In this document: piece by piece, positions 41,831-52,379 of the stretch
Numbering within the stretch: position 1 is the stretch's first letter
Layout: each line of letters opens with the position of its first letter
Assembly (NCBI GenBank): GCA_963848295.1
Contig: CAWKDB010000010.1
Location: 3,104,001-3,168,000 of the forward strand
Direction of reading: 5' to 3'
Source of the DNA: an uncultured delta proteobacterium
Lineage (GTDB): Bacteria; Myxococcota_A; Polyangia; Haliangiales; Haliangiaceae
Length of the DNA: 64,000 nt
The notes under the pieces: model-generated
What the model was told of the DNA's origin: nothing
Databases searched by the model: none
Seen by the model: only the letters and a program-made list of their open reading frames with translations
Position numbers and translations under genes: made by a program

Positions 41831-44506
41831 TCAGCGCCGGCGACGCAAGCGGATTCCTGCGAACGCGACGACGAGCAAGCTCCCGAGTCCGCCGCCGCCC
41901 GCGTTGCATCCACCGCCGCCCGCCGTGATCTCGACCGTGCAGGTCGCCGAGCAGCCATCGCCGGGCATCGTGTTGCCGTCGTCACATTGCTCGCCCGGGT
42001 CGACCACGCCATCGCCGCACATCGGAGTCTTGCCGAATCCGACGACGCACACGTCGTCGAGCGTCCAGCCGCCGAGCTCGACGCCATCGCTGTCGCTCGT
42101 CAGTTGCCACGCGATCGTATGCGAGGCCGCCGACAACGGGAGCACGTGCAATCGCCACTCGCGATCGATGTGATCGACGGTCAGATCGTTCGACCACGCG
42201 ACCGCGCCGTCGATCGCGATCGCCGCCTGGTCGTGCATCCCGTCCTCGACCGACAGCCAGCGCTCGTAGGCCAGGAACGAGCTGCTGTAGCTCGTAGTAT
42301 CGACCACAGGCATCGTCGCCGCGGTCGTGTCACCCGGTTGGTAGTCGCCGGACGTCAGCGCGGTCCCGAACACATCGACCCCGGTGTACGCCCCGGCAGG
42401 ATCGCCCTCGGGCGATGCGCCCGGTGTGCCGAATTGCCACTCGCCGCCGAACGTGCCGGTCGTTACCCACCTCGGATTGCTGTTGAACGGCTGGCACGTG
42501 ATCGGCGTCGGCGTACCGGTCAGCAGCTCGTACCAAGGATCGGCCGGGTTGTTCGGGCCGACCGATTCGGTGCCGTCGTCGAACGTCGCGGTGACCGCGT
42601 ACTGCACGATCGTGCCGTCGGGCATGGCTGGAAGCTCGCCGGACCACGTGCCACCGTTGTCGACGAGCGCGATCGGGCTCGCGCTGCCGTTGATCGTCAC
42701 GCTCATCGCCGTGACTTGCTGCGCCGGGCACATCCCGCCGGTCGGAGTGGTCACCGGAATCGACAGCGTACGGCCCGCGAGCTGGGCGCGGCCGATCGTG
42801 GTCGGCGCGTAGTCTGGCGCGAGGCCGTGACGACCGAACGCGCGCTGGATCGCGCAGAAGTGCGGCGTGCCGTTGCCGAGATCGCCGTCGTCGTCGTCCG
42901 CGATCAGCGCGGGCATGTAGCTGGTCGGAACGTCGGATGCGCGCTGCATCACTCCGACGAACACTTGCTCGGTCGCGCTCACGCCGGCATCGTGGCCGAG
43001 CTCGGAGATCAGCTCTTTGCGCAGGTCCCAGAGTGCGCCGCTGATGATCTCGCCGGTGATATGCGGATCTTCATCGGCGTCTTCGGGCCATACCCGCTCG
43101 TAACCGATCGGATCGATGTCGCGCAACGGCGCGTCGGTGTAATAAATGCCGCGGCCGACGCCGGAGTCCTCGTTGATGTTTGCCGCGTTGAAATCGGCGA
43201 GCCCCTCCGATAACCGCGCCTCGAACAAGCCCATCCCGGGGATGATCGAGTTGAAGTGGACGCAGTGGCCGAACTCGTGGAACACGACGTCGGCGAGCCG
43301 CCCGGTGTTCTGGCAGCTCGCGTCGGCGCGGAACAAGTGGACCGCGGTGCCGGTCGAGTACGCGTTGCAGGTCTGGGGGTCGTTGACGTAGAAATCTAGC
43401 GGCTGGGCGAGCCACGCGGCGAGCGCCGGCTCGTAGATCCGCGCGCGTGCCTTCGCGATCGTCGCGTAGACGTACGTCGACAGCTGCGAGTCGGCGAGCT
43501 CCTCGGTCGCGCGACTCCACGCGACGGTACCGCCCGGCTCGGCGTCGAGCATGTCGGTCACGGGGTCGCCGTCGTCATCGATCACGACGACCTGCGAGCC
43601 GGTCGCGCTCGGGATCGCGGTCGCGGCGGCAGCGCCGGCCCAGCTGAACGTGCCATCGGCGGCGGTCATGGTCGCGACGCCGTCGACCGTGAGGTTCGCG
43701 AGCTCGGCGGGGTACGCCATCCGCGGACCGGTCGCGTAGCGCACGCCGGCGTCGAACGTCAGGTTCCCGGTCGCGTACATGATCGTCGAGCGGCGGGCGA
43801 GCGGAGTACCGTCGGGCAACGCGTAGACGTCCCAGCGCTGCGACGGTGCGCGTGCGTCGAGCACGTCGACGACCGCGTACGAGATGTCATTCGGTCCGCG
43901 CACGAGCGGCAAGATCGCGCGCTCGCCGGTCGCGGTGACGGTCGCGTGATGGCCGGCCGCGGCGAGCCACCGCGTCGCGTTCGCCGAGGCCTGCGCGGAC
44001 GCGCGCGGCGCGGCAGTCACGTGGACATCCGGCAACACCGACGACGACACCGCGAACAACCGGTCGCGCTCGAACACCACGCCGAGCTCGCCGCCGATCA
44101 CGCGCGAGCCATTCACGACCTGGCGAAACCCGACCGTGCGTACCGCGCCATCGAGGCGGTTGCTGATCACCACGAGCTCGGCGCCCGGCGCGAGCACGTC
44201 GGCATGACCGGCGATGAACGCGCGCGCGGCACGTTCTGCGATCGCCGCGTCGGCGACCGCCCCGGGGACGTCGACATGACCTCCCGCCAGCGTGATCGCG
44301 ACGCCGGTGTCGCGATCCCACATCGCGCGCCAGCCGGCCGTGGCGAGCGGTGCGAACGCGGTCCTGGCCCGGGTCGGCGTCGCCTCGGTCACGCGTCGCC
44401 CATCGCGTACGGGCTTGCCCGCGACGACGAAGTCCGGCTCGTGCGGCGCGAAGCCGGCGAGCAAGACCGCGATCGCCGTGACGAAGCCGCGCATACCCGG
44501 GACCAT
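41831..44506 (-). CDS. Secreted zinc metalloprotease (M4/M36-like) with Myxococcus Cys-rich repeat and MYXO-CTERM-type tail
   Basis: HEFGH...SEGLAD; CGDGVVDPGEQCDDGNTMPGDGCSATC; GGGGCNAGGGGLGSLLVVAFAGIRLRRRR. Confidence 0.8.
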   Translation of the reverse strand: MVPGMRGFVTAIAVLLAGFAPHEPDFVVAGKPVRDGRRVTEATPTRARTAFAPLATAGWRAMWDRDTGVAITLAGGHVDVPGAVADAAIAERAARAFIAGHADVLAPGAELVVISNRLDGAVRTVGFRQVVNGSRVIGGELGVVFERDRLFAVSSSVLPDVHVTAAPRASAQASANATRWLAAAGHHATVTATGERAILPLVRGPNDISYAVVDVLDARAPSQRWDVYALPDGTPLARRSTIMYATGNLTFDAGVRYATGPRMAYPAELANLTVDGVATMTAADGTFSWAGAAAATAIPSATGSQVVVIDDDGDPVTDMLDAEPGGTVAWSRATEELADSQLSTYVYATIAKARARIYEPALAAWLAQPLDFYVNDPQTCNAYSTGTAVHLFRADASCQNTGRLADVVFHEFGHCVHFNSIIPGMGLFEARLSEGLADFNAANINEDSGVGRGIYYTDAPLRDIDPIGYERVWPEDADEDPHITGEIISGALWDLRKELISELGHDAGVSATEQVFVGVMQRASDVPTSYMPALIADDDDGDLGNGTPHFCAIQRAFGRHGLAPDYAPTTIGRAQLAGRTLSIPVTTPTGGMCPAQQVTAMSVTINGSASPIALVDNGGTWSGELPAMPDGTIVQYAVTATFDDGTESVGPNNPADPWYELLTGTPTPITCQPFNSNPRWVTTGTFGGEWQFGTPGASPEGDPAGAYTGVDVFGTALTSGDYQPGDTTAATMPVVDTTSYSSSFLAYERWLSVEDGMHDQAAIAIDGAVAWSNDLTVDHIDREWRLHVLPLSAASHTIAWQLTSDSDGVELGGWTLDDVCVVGFGKTPMCGDGVVDPGEQCDDGNTMPGDGCSATCTVEITAGGGGCNAGGGGLGSLLVVAFAGIRLRRRR

Positions 44507-44592
44507 CGCACGACTCCCTCCGTCCGAGCGCGACCGGTGTCACGTCGACCGCGGCGGTTGACTCGGGGCTACTTGCCGCCGAGCATCGTCGG

Positions 44593-45699
44593 ATGGGGAA
44601 GCTCGGCCACGCGCTCGCGTTCGCTGCCTCGCTCGCGGCTTGCTCGAGCACGGGAGCGAACCATCCAGACGGTGCGGGCGGCGGCGGCGGCGACGCGACT
44701 CACGACGGCAGCGCGGGTGCGCTACCTGCCGGCTGGTTGTACACGACGGGCAACGCGATCGACGTCTCCGACGGCGCGGGAGGTGGCACGCCGTGGATGG
44801 GCCGCGGGGTGAACCTCGATGACATCTTCTTGTGCGGCTACAACTACATGTTGCTCGACGCCGATCCGGATCTGACGCTCGAGGCGATGCTCGGGGAGCT
44901 GATGACCGACTGGAAGCCGAGCTTCGTGCGGATCTCGCTCGGCATGGCGAGCTATCCCACGACCGTCAGCTGGCTCGCGGATCCGGCGCAATACAAGGCG
45001 CCGATGACCGCGGTGATCACCACGATCGCGAGCACGCCGGGCGTGCACGTCCTCGTCACGTTGCGCAGCGACGCGTCGATGACCGACCACGACACCGGTG
45101 ACCCCGAGCCAACCGGGCTCCCGTCCGATAGCACGACGACCCCGGACGCCAGCGCGTTCCCGAACGGCACCGATCCGGTCTACGTCGCGCTCGTCGACAG
45201 CTTCGCGAGCTCCGGCGCGGTCATGTTCGGGATCTCGAACGAGCCGGGCGGCACGCAGGTCGATGCTGCGACGATCTCGGCGGCGATGAGCCACGCGGTC
45301 GGCACGATCCGCGCCGAGGAAGACCGGCTCGGCGTCCCGCATCACATCGTGTCGGTCCAGGGCACCGGCTACACGAGCGACGTCGGCGGCTACGACACGA
45401 CGCCGCTGCCGTACGACAACGTCGTCTACGAGGTCCACGGCTATCCGCCGCCGACCGCGGGCTACACGTACGAGCATATTCCCGTGATCCTCGGCGAGTA
45501 CGGAGACCTCACGGCCGACGACTCGGCGGCGTTCTACACCGATGTCGAGACCAAGGGCATCCCGAACCTCGCGTGGGACTTCGAGTCCTACAGCGACTGC
45601 ATGCCGGATCTGCTGGTGGTCAACGACAGCGACTCGGACCTCGAGCCGACGCCGTGGGGGGCGATCGTGAAGGCATACCTGACCGACCACGCGATGTAA
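44593..45699 (+). CDS. GH5 (cellulase family) glycoside hydrolase lipoprotein
   Basis: RGVN, NEP (acid/base), YEVHGY, ILGEYG (nucleophile); lipobox LAAC. Confidence 0.8.
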   Translation: MGKLGHALAFAASLAACSSTGANHPDGAGGGGGDATHDGSAGALPAGWLYTTGNAIDVSDGAGGGTPWMGRGVNLDDIFLCGYNYMLLDADPDLTLEAMLGELMTDWKPSFVRISLGMASYPTTVSWLADPAQYKAPMTAVITTIASTPGVHVLVTLRSDASMTDHDTGDPEPTGLPSDSTTTPDASAFPNGTDPVYVALVDSFASSGAVMFGISNEPGGTQVDAATISAAMSHAVGTIRAEEDRLGVPHHIVSVQGTGYTSDVGGYDTTPLPYDNVVYEVHGYPPPTAGYTYEHIPVILGEYGDLTADDSAAFYTDVETKGIPNLAWDFESYSDCMPDLLVVNDSDSDLEPTPWGAIVKAYLTDHAM

Positions 45700-45753
45700 C
45701 TGTTACGACGTTCGTGGAATGACCGCGCCCGCGACGATGGTAGCGTCGACACC

Positions 45754-47013
45754 GTGAAGCTGACCCGCGCGCTCGCCCTCGCCTGCCTGCTCTCGCTCGT
45801 CGCCGCGTGCAGTAAGCACGACGATGCCAAACCGTCGCCCGCCGCCGCGCACGCCGCCGAGCCGGCCGAGAAGGCGAAGGCCGAGCCCACCGGCCCGGTG
45901 CCACCTCAGATCGAGGACGCGATCACCCAGGCGAACGCGAGCCACAAGCCGCTCGTGCTCGAGTTCTACACGTCGTGGTGTAAACCGTGTCAGGAGTTCG
46001 CGAAGACGACGCTGGTCGACAAGCGCGTCGAAGCCGCGCTCGGCGACGTCATGTTCGTGCGCTACAACACCGAGGTCGCGCCCGGCATCGCGGCGGGCTC
46101 GCGCTACAAGGTCTCGTCGTTTCCGACGTTCATCACCGTCGACAAGCAGGGCGAGGTCGTGCGCCAGACCAGCGGGATGGAGATGGGCGAGGCCGGCGTC
46201 AGAACGTTCCTCGCGATGATCAGCGACGCTCGCCTCACGACCCGCGACGAAGCCGAAGTGCGCGCCGAGCTCGGTGCGAAACCGAAGGATGCCGGCGTCG
46301 AGCTCTCGGCGGGTCGGTGGTACGCCGATCACGGCCGGACGTCCGACGCGGTGCAACAGCTCGACGCGGTCGCGGCGAATCCGTCGGCCACCGCGGCGCA
46401 ACGCGCGGAATCGACCTCCACCGCGAAGCGCCTGCGCCGGCTCGCGCTGTGGAAGCAGCAACTCGTCGCGGAGAAGCTCGACGCCGCCAGGGCCGCGCCG
46501 GGATCGATCGGCGAGCGCGATCTCGAGATCGCGACCGTCGACTCGGGCGCGTCGCCCGCCGACATCCACGCGGTGTTCGCGAAGGTGTTCGCGGCGCAGA
46601 CCGATCCGTCGGTCGTCAACGGATTGCTCTATGTCGCGCTCGCCGCCGGCGCGAAGGACGAGGCGCTCGCCGCGGCCAAGCAAGTCCTGGGCGCGAGCAA
46701 GGATCCGGGGCAGCTCGATACGCTCGCCGAGTGCTTCCACGTCCACGGCGACCACGCCGACGCGCTGCGCGTCGAGGACCAAGCGATCGCGCTGTCGGGC
46801 GGCAAGAACCCGGCGCTCGCCGAGAATCGCGCGCGGTTCGCCAAGGGCGAAGGCGATTCCAACGAAGTCATCGGCCACCACGCCGACGTCGCGAAGCTGT
46901 GGCAGCGCCTCGATCACGTCGAGGACGAGCCGGCGCCGGACTTCAGCAGCGGCATGCCCGCCGGCTTTCCGCCGCCGGGGGCCCACGTCATCAACCTCAC
47001 CCCGCCGATCTAG
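45754..47013 (+). CDS. Thioredoxin-fold lipoprotein with TPR-like C-terminal region
   Basis: Lipobox VAAC; EFYTSWCKPC, FPT; LDTLAE helical repeats. Confidence 0.8.
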   Translation: MKLTRALALACLLSLVAACSKHDDAKPSPAAAHAAEPAEKAKAEPTGPVPPQIEDAITQANASHKPLVLEFYTSWCKPCQEFAKTTLVDKRVEAALGDVMFVRYNTEVAPGIAAGSRYKVSSFPTFITVDKQGEVVRQTSGMEMGEAGVRTFLAMISDARLTTRDEAEVRAELGAKPKDAGVELSAGRWYADHGRTSDAVQQLDAVAANPSATAAQRAESTSTAKRLRRLALWKQQLVAEKLDAARAAPGSIGERDLEIATVDSGASPADIHAVFAKVFAAQTDPSVVNGLLYVALAAGAKDEALAAAKQVLGASKDPGQLDTLAECFHVHGDHADALRVEDQAIALSGGKNPALAENRARFAKGEGDSNEVIGHHADVAKLWQRLDHVEDEPAPDFSSGMPAGFPPPGAHVINLTPPI

Positions 47014-47039
47014 CGTAGGCGATCCGGTTCGAATCGCGG

Positions 47040-48284
47040 CTACGCGCGCGCGATCGGCGAGGCCTTGACGCCCTTCGCCGGCTTCTTCGCGGCGTGCTTG
47101 CCGTTCGTCGCGTGGCCGTTGCCGGCGTGCGCGTGGCCCTTGAGCTTCTCGATCAGCGGCGTCTTCTCCCACGTGAAGTCGGGGAGCTCGCGGCCGAAGT
47201 GGCCGTACGCCGCGGTGCTGCGGAAGATCGGCCGGCGCAGGTCGAGCTCCTGGATCAGCATGCCGGGGCGCGCGTCGAACGTCGCGAGCACGGCCTTGGT
47301 CAGCTTGTCGTCCGACACGATACCGGTCCCGAACGTATCGACGAGCATCGACACCGGCTCGGCGACGCCGATCGCGTACGCGAACTGAACCTCGCAACGG
47401 CGGGCGAGCCCCGACGCGACGACGTGCTTCGCGATGTAGCGCGCGTAGTACGCGGCCGAGCGATCGACCTTGCTCGGATCCTTGCCCGAGAACGCGCCGC
47501 CTCCGTGGCGAGCGTAGCCGCCGTAGGTGTCGACGATGATCTTGCGGCCGGTGAGGCCGGTGTCGCCCTGCGGGCCGCCGATGACGAACCGGCCGGTCGG
47601 GTTGACGTGAAACTTCGTCTTGCTCGAGATCAACTTCGCCGGAACGATCGGCTTGATCACGAGCTCGCGGATCGCTTCCTCGATCGTCTTGTGCTTGACC
47701 TTGTCGTCGTGCTGCGTCGAGACCACGATCGCCTCGATCCCGGTGGCGATGCCGTCGTCGTAGCGGACCGAGACCTGGGTCTTGCCGTCCGGCCGCAGCC
47801 AGTCGATGCCCTTGAGCTTCTTCTTGCGAACCTCGGCGAGCTTCGCGGCGAGCTGGTGCGCCAGCTGGATCGGCAGCGGCATCAGCTCCTTGGTCTCGTC
47901 GCACGCGTAGCCGAACATCAGGCCCTGATCGCCGGCGCCTTGCTTCGTCGGATCGCCGCGATCGACGCCCTGCGCGATGTCGGGCGACTGGTGCTCGACC
48001 GCGACCATGACGGCGCACGTGTCGGCATCGAAGCCCATGTCCGAGCTCGTGAACCCGATGTCGCGAACCGCGGTGCGCACGATCTTCTGGAAGTCGAGCG
48101 TCGCCTTCGTCGTGATCTCACCGGCGACCAGCACGAAGCCGGTCTTCGCGACCGTTTCGCAAGCGACCCGGCTGAGTGGATCGACCGCCAGGCACGCGTC
48201 GAGGATCGAGTCCGAGACGGCGTCGCACAGTTTGTCGGGATGGCCTTCGGTGACCGATTCAGAGGAGAACAGATGGCTCGCCAT
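47040..48284 (-). CDS. metK: S-adenosylmethionine synthetase
   Basis: [34 protein letters not shown]. Confidence 0.98.
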   Translation of the reverse strand: MASHLFSSESVTEGHPDKLCDAVSDSILDACLAVDPLSRVACETVAKTGFVLVAGEITTKATLDFQKIVRTAVRDIGFTSSDMGFDADTCAVMVAVEHQSPDIAQGVDRGDPTKQGAGDQGLMFGYACDETKELMPLPIQLAHQLAAKLAEVRKKKLKGIDWLRPDGKTQVSVRYDDGIATGIEAIVVSTQHDDKVKHKTIEEAIRELVIKPIVPAKLISSKTKFHVNPTGRFVIGGPQGDTGLTGRKIIVDTYGGYARHGGGAFSGKDPSKVDRSAAYYARYIAKHVVASGLARRCEVQFAYAIGVAEPVSMLVDTFGTGIVSDDKLTKAVLATFDARPGMLIQELDLRRPIFRSTAAYGHFGRELPDFTWEKTPLIEKLKGHAHAGNGHATNGKHAAKKPAKGVKASPIARA

Positions 48285-48353
48285 AGATGGGCGGGACTAT
48301 TCAGGGAAGCGGTTCGGCTGTCAACGCAAGGATCGAGGTACTCTAAGCCTTAG

Positions 48354-49182
48354 ATGCGCCAACTGTTGTTAAGCGCCGTCGGGGTCGCGCTCGTGGTCAC
48401 AGGTCTCGGAGCCTGCGGCGGCGCCCCGCCCGATGCCGAAACGAGGCGTGATCGAAGGCGATATCGGGACGTGGAAGTACCGACGATATCAGCCAGTCCT
48501 CGACGTCGAGGTCTGGGTGGAGAACAACAAGGCCGAGGCGTACACCGCGAGCTACATCGCCGGCGACGCCGAGAAGCGCGGCCGTGTCGAGGATAAAGAC
48601 GTCGTCAGCGTATTTGTTACGAGATACGAGAAGAACGACGGCGTGCTGCGGGAGAGCGTCAAGCTCGCCCGCAGGCTCGCGGCCGAAGACGGCTACCAGG
48701 TCGAAGAGGACAAGATCGCAGGCGCGCGCGCCTTCACGATCGTGGGTCACGGCGAAGCATGGGTGATGTGGGCGGCGAAGAACCACGTCGTCAAGGTCGG
48801 CGGCCGCGGTCACTCCGACGTGCCGAAAGAGCTGATCTCGAGCTACGCGGCGCGCTATCCGTCGGCGATCCCCGGCGGTGCGCTCGAAGGCCCGCTGCCG
48901 CCGGGGCCGGACAACGTCGGGCCCAAACAACCCGACAAAGACGCATACGACCCCAACAACCCGAAGGCCGATCTCGATCGCTACGATCCGAAGAAAGCGA
49001 AGATCAAGAAGGACGAGGTCGACAAGCCGGCGGACGAGGAGCTGACGCCGACCGACTCCTCGCACGACCAGGACAAGGACGACGACTCGAAGGCCAAAGC
49101 CAAAGGCAAGTCGAAGTCCAAGTCGAAGTCGAAGTCGAAAACCAAGGCCAAGCCGAAGTCGGACGACGACGAAGACCAGTAA
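48354..49182 (+). CDS. Hypothetical lipoprotein with Lys/Ser-rich tail, apparent frameshift near 48430
   Basis: Signal and lipobox [26 protein letters not shown] in one frame; body (MPKRGVIEG...) continues in another frame. Confidence 0.65.
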
Positions 49183-49183
49183 C

Positions 49184-50443
49184 GTGTTGCGGCAATTTCG
49201 CGCGGGCACACCTGACGCCGCAGGGTTGCTCGATCGCTCGACGCGGTTCGCCGATGGCGTCGACGACGCGGTGTCGGCGATCTTGCACGACGTGCGCACG
49301 CGCGGCGACGAGGCGGTCGCCGACTACACGCGGCGGTTCGACAATCGCGAGCCGCCCTACGAGCTGACGGTCGCGGCGCGCGATGCGCTCGCCGATCGCG
49401 TCTCGGCGCCGGTGTCGCGCGCGCTCGAGCTCGCGGCGGCGCGCATCCGCTCGTTTCACGAGTGCCAGGTCGATCACGACCTCGACGTGACGCTCGACGG
49501 CGTGCGGCTCGAGCTGCGCGGCACACCGCTCGCGCGCGTCGGCTTGTACGTACCGGGCGGCACCGCGCGCTATCCCTCGAGCGTGCTCATGACCGCGATC
49601 CCGGCGGTCGTCGCCGGGGTCGGCGAGATCGTGATGGTGACCCCGGGCGCATCGCCCGAGGCGATGGCGGCGGCGCGACTCGCGCGGGTCGATCGCGTGT
49701 TCGAGCTCGGCGGCGCGCAGGCGATCGGGGCGCTCGCGTTCGGCACGCAGAGGATCCCGCGCGTCGACAAGATCGTCGGGCCGGGCAATGCGTGGGTCGC
49801 GTCCGCCAAGCGCCAGGTCTACGGCGAGGTCGACATCGATTCGATCGCCGGCCCGTCCGAGGTGCTGATCCTCGCCGACGGTGACGCGCCCGCCGCGTGG
49901 ATCGCCGCCGACTTGCTCGCCCAGGCCGAGCACGATCGCGAGGCGCGCGCGGTCCTGGTCACGACGTCGGTCGCGCTCGCCGCGGCGGTCGATCGCGAGC
50001 TCGTGCGTCAGCTCGCCGACTTGCCGCGGCGCGACATCGCCGAGCACGCGGTGCGCAACCACGGCGCTGCCGTGATCGTCGATTCGATCGACGGCGGCGA
50101 TCGCGTTCGCGAACGCGTTCGCACCCGAGCACCTCGAGCTCCAGCTCGACGATGCGCGCGCGGTCGCGGCGCGGTGCACGACCGCCGGCGCGATCTTCAT
50201 CGGCCGGTACTCGTCGGAGGCGGCCGGTGACTACGTCGCCGGCGGTAACCACGTGCTGCCGACCGGAGGTGCCGCGCGCTACGCCTCGCCGCTCGGCGTC
50301 GCCGACTTTCGCAAGCGCACGCGGTCATCGAGTACAGCGCGGCCGCGGCCGCGGCCCACGCCGATGCGATCGCGATCCTCGCCGATGCCGAGGGCCTCGC
50401 CGCGCACGGTCGCTCCGCGCTGCTGCGCAAGGAGTCACCGTGA
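49184..50443 (+). CDS. hisD: Histidinol dehydrogenase, with two compensating frameshifts (~50093 and ~50320)
   Basis: [25 protein letters not shown] in the first frame; [20 protein letters not shown] in a shifted frame; EGLAAHGRS back in the first frame. Confidence 0.92.
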
Positions 50444-51576
50444 GCTCCGATGATCGGACGCGCGATCTCGGGCCGCTCGCGGCGCGCGTGCCCGCGGCGT
50501 TGCGCGCGATCGCCGCCTATCACGTGCCGCAACCGCCGCAGCTCCGCGCGAAGCTCGATGCGAACGAGCTGCCGTACGCCATGCCCGCCGAGCTCCGGGC
50601 TCGCCTCGGCGCGGCGCTCGCCGAGGTCCCGATCGAGCGCTATCCAGATCCGGCAGCGCGCGAGCTCCGCGCCGTCGTCGCGGCCCAGCTCGGCGTCGCC
50701 GGCGATCAGCTGACGTTCGGCAACGGCTCCGACGAGCTGATCGCGCTGCTGTGCTCGGCGTTCGGCCCCGAGACCCGGGGCGAGCCCGGGTCTCTCCATT
50801 CCGGGGGCGGCGTGCTCTATCCCGTGCCGAGCTTCGTCTACTACCGGCTCGCCGCGGTCGCGCGCGGGGTCGCGCATATCGAGGTGCCACTCGATGCGCG
50901 GTTCGAGCTCGATGAGCCCGCGATGATCCGCGCGATCGAGACGCATCGGCCGGGCGTCGTGTTCCTCGCGCTGCCGAACAACCCGACCGGCACGTTGTGG
51001 CGGATGGAGTTCGCGCTCGAGCTCGCGGCGCGGTTTCGCGACGTCGCGATCGTGTCCGACGAGGCGTACCTCGCGTACAGCGGGCGCACGGTGCTCGCGG
51101 AGCTCGGCGCGCATCCGAACTTGATCATCATGCGGACGCTGTCGAAGCTCGGCATGGCCGGACTGCGCGTCGGCTACTCGATCGCATCGCCCGCGATCGC
51201 CGGGCTGCTCGAGCGCGTTCGTCCGCCGTACAACGTCAGCGCGCTCGATCAGGCGGCGGCGGTGTTCCTGTTGCGCGAGGCGTCCGCGTGGTGCGCCGCT
51301 CGCGCTGCCGACGTCGTCGTCGAGCGAGGTCGCTTGGCGACGGCGCTCGCCGCGCTGCCCGGGGTCGAAGTATTCTCGAGCGCCGCGAACCTCGTGCTGA
51401 TCCGATTCGCGGGCGCGGCCGTAGCCCATCAGATGCTCGCTGATCGCGGGATCTCGGTGCGGTCGTTTGCGGTCGGACCGGGTCCGCTCGTAGACTGTCT
51501 GCGAGTGACCGTAGGAACTCCGGAGCAGAATTCACAGCTGGTCGCCGCGCTGACTGACTGGGGTCGTTTGCCATGA
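50440..51576 (+). CDS. hisC: Histidinol-phosphate aminotransferase
   Basis: [49 protein letters not shown] overlap with hisD. Confidence 0.95.
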   Translation: MSSDDRTRDLGPLAARVPAALRAIAAYHVPQPPQLRAKLDANELPYAMPAELRARLGAALAEVPIERYPDPAARELRAVVAAQLGVAGDQLTFGNGSDELIALLCSAFGPETRGEPGSLHSGGGVLYPVPSFVYYRLAAVARGVAHIEVPLDARFELDEPAMIRAIETHRPGVVFLALPNNPTGTLWRMEFALELAARFRDVAIVSDEAYLAYSGRTVLAELGAHPNLIIMRTLSKLGMAGLRVGYSIASPAIAGLLERVRPPYNVSALDQAAAVFLLREASAWCAARAADVVVERGRLATALAALPGVEVFSSAANLVLIRFAGAAVAHQMLADRGISVRSFAVGPGPLVDCLRVTVGTPEQNSQLVAALTDWGRLP

Positions 51577-51703
51577 GGTGGGGTGCCGAGTCTCAGATCG
51601 TGCGTGCGTCACGAGGCTACCCGCTGATTTTCAAGGGTTTTGCGGGTTCCGTTGGGGTGCTCTGGCCTTTGCATGACCCTTCCTTTACAACGGAGCTTGC
51701 GCC

Positions 51704-52261
51704 TTGAGAGGTATCGCTAAAGCCGCGTGGTTGACGGTGTTGATCGCGCTCGGCGCGTGCGATGTCGGCGTCTTTGGCGCGACCGACGGCGGTGGTGGTG
51801 GTGGTGGTGGCAGCGATGGCGGTAGCAACTGTGCGGCGCTGGTCAGTCCGGCGACGCCCGAGCACGATCATATCGACGGCACCGGGACGCACGCGAACAT
51901 GGCGTGTCTCGCCTCCGGCTGTCACGGGACCACGCCGGGCGCCGGCGGTGGCTTTGCGTTCGCCGGCACGATCTACACCGACTCGACCGGCACCACTCCG
52001 CTCGGCGGCGGCACGGTGACCGTGACTGCGGGCAGCACGACGATCAGCGCGGTATCCGACGCGGCCGGCAACTTCTACTACATGACCGCGGCGACGATGC
52101 CGCTGCCCGCGAACACCGCGAGCACGACGTGTCCGACGGCGGCGGCGATGGCGGTCCAGATCGACATGAACGGCGCAGGCATCGGCAGCACCGGCGGCGA
52201 CTGCAACGCGTGCCACACCGGAACGCCGACCGCCGTGCAGACGCTGAAGCTGTACCAGTAG
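51704..52261 (+). CDS. Small c-type cytochrome-like lipoprotein
   Basis: Lipobox LGAC; CLASGCH (CX4CH) and CNACH. Confidence 0.75.
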   Translation: MRGIAKAAWLTVLIALGACDVGVFGATDGGGGGGGGSDGGSNCAALVSPATPEHDHIDGTGTHANMACLASGCHGTTPGAGGGFAFAGTIYTDSTGTTPLGGGTVTVTAGSTTISAVSDAAGNFYYMTAATMPLPANTASTTCPTAAAMAVQIDMNGAGIGSTGGDCNACHTGTPTAVQTLKLYQ

Positions 52262-52368
52262 CGGCTAGTCACCCGACCGACGGCACTTCCGGCGGCAACT
52301 GCAACGGTTGCCACACGGCGAAGGGCGGCGGCACGACGTCGCCGCTCTATCAGGCCGGCACGATGTAG
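52262..52368 (+). pseudogene. Orphan C-terminal fragment paralogous to the upstream cytochrome
   Basis: Reads TSGGNCNGCHTAKGGGTTSPLYQ versus the upstream gene's STGGDCNACHTGTPTAVQTLKLYQ; no start codon of its own. Confidence 0.7.
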
Positions 52369-52379
52369 CGCTATTCGAG

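Noticed and set aside
50085..50330. Programmed frameshifting in hisD
   Set aside because: No slippery sequence; two compensating indels plus others in the window point to sequencing error
52180..52368. Diversity-generating retroelement TR/VR pair
   Set aside because: Differences between the two segments are not adenine-specific and no reverse transcriptase is in the window
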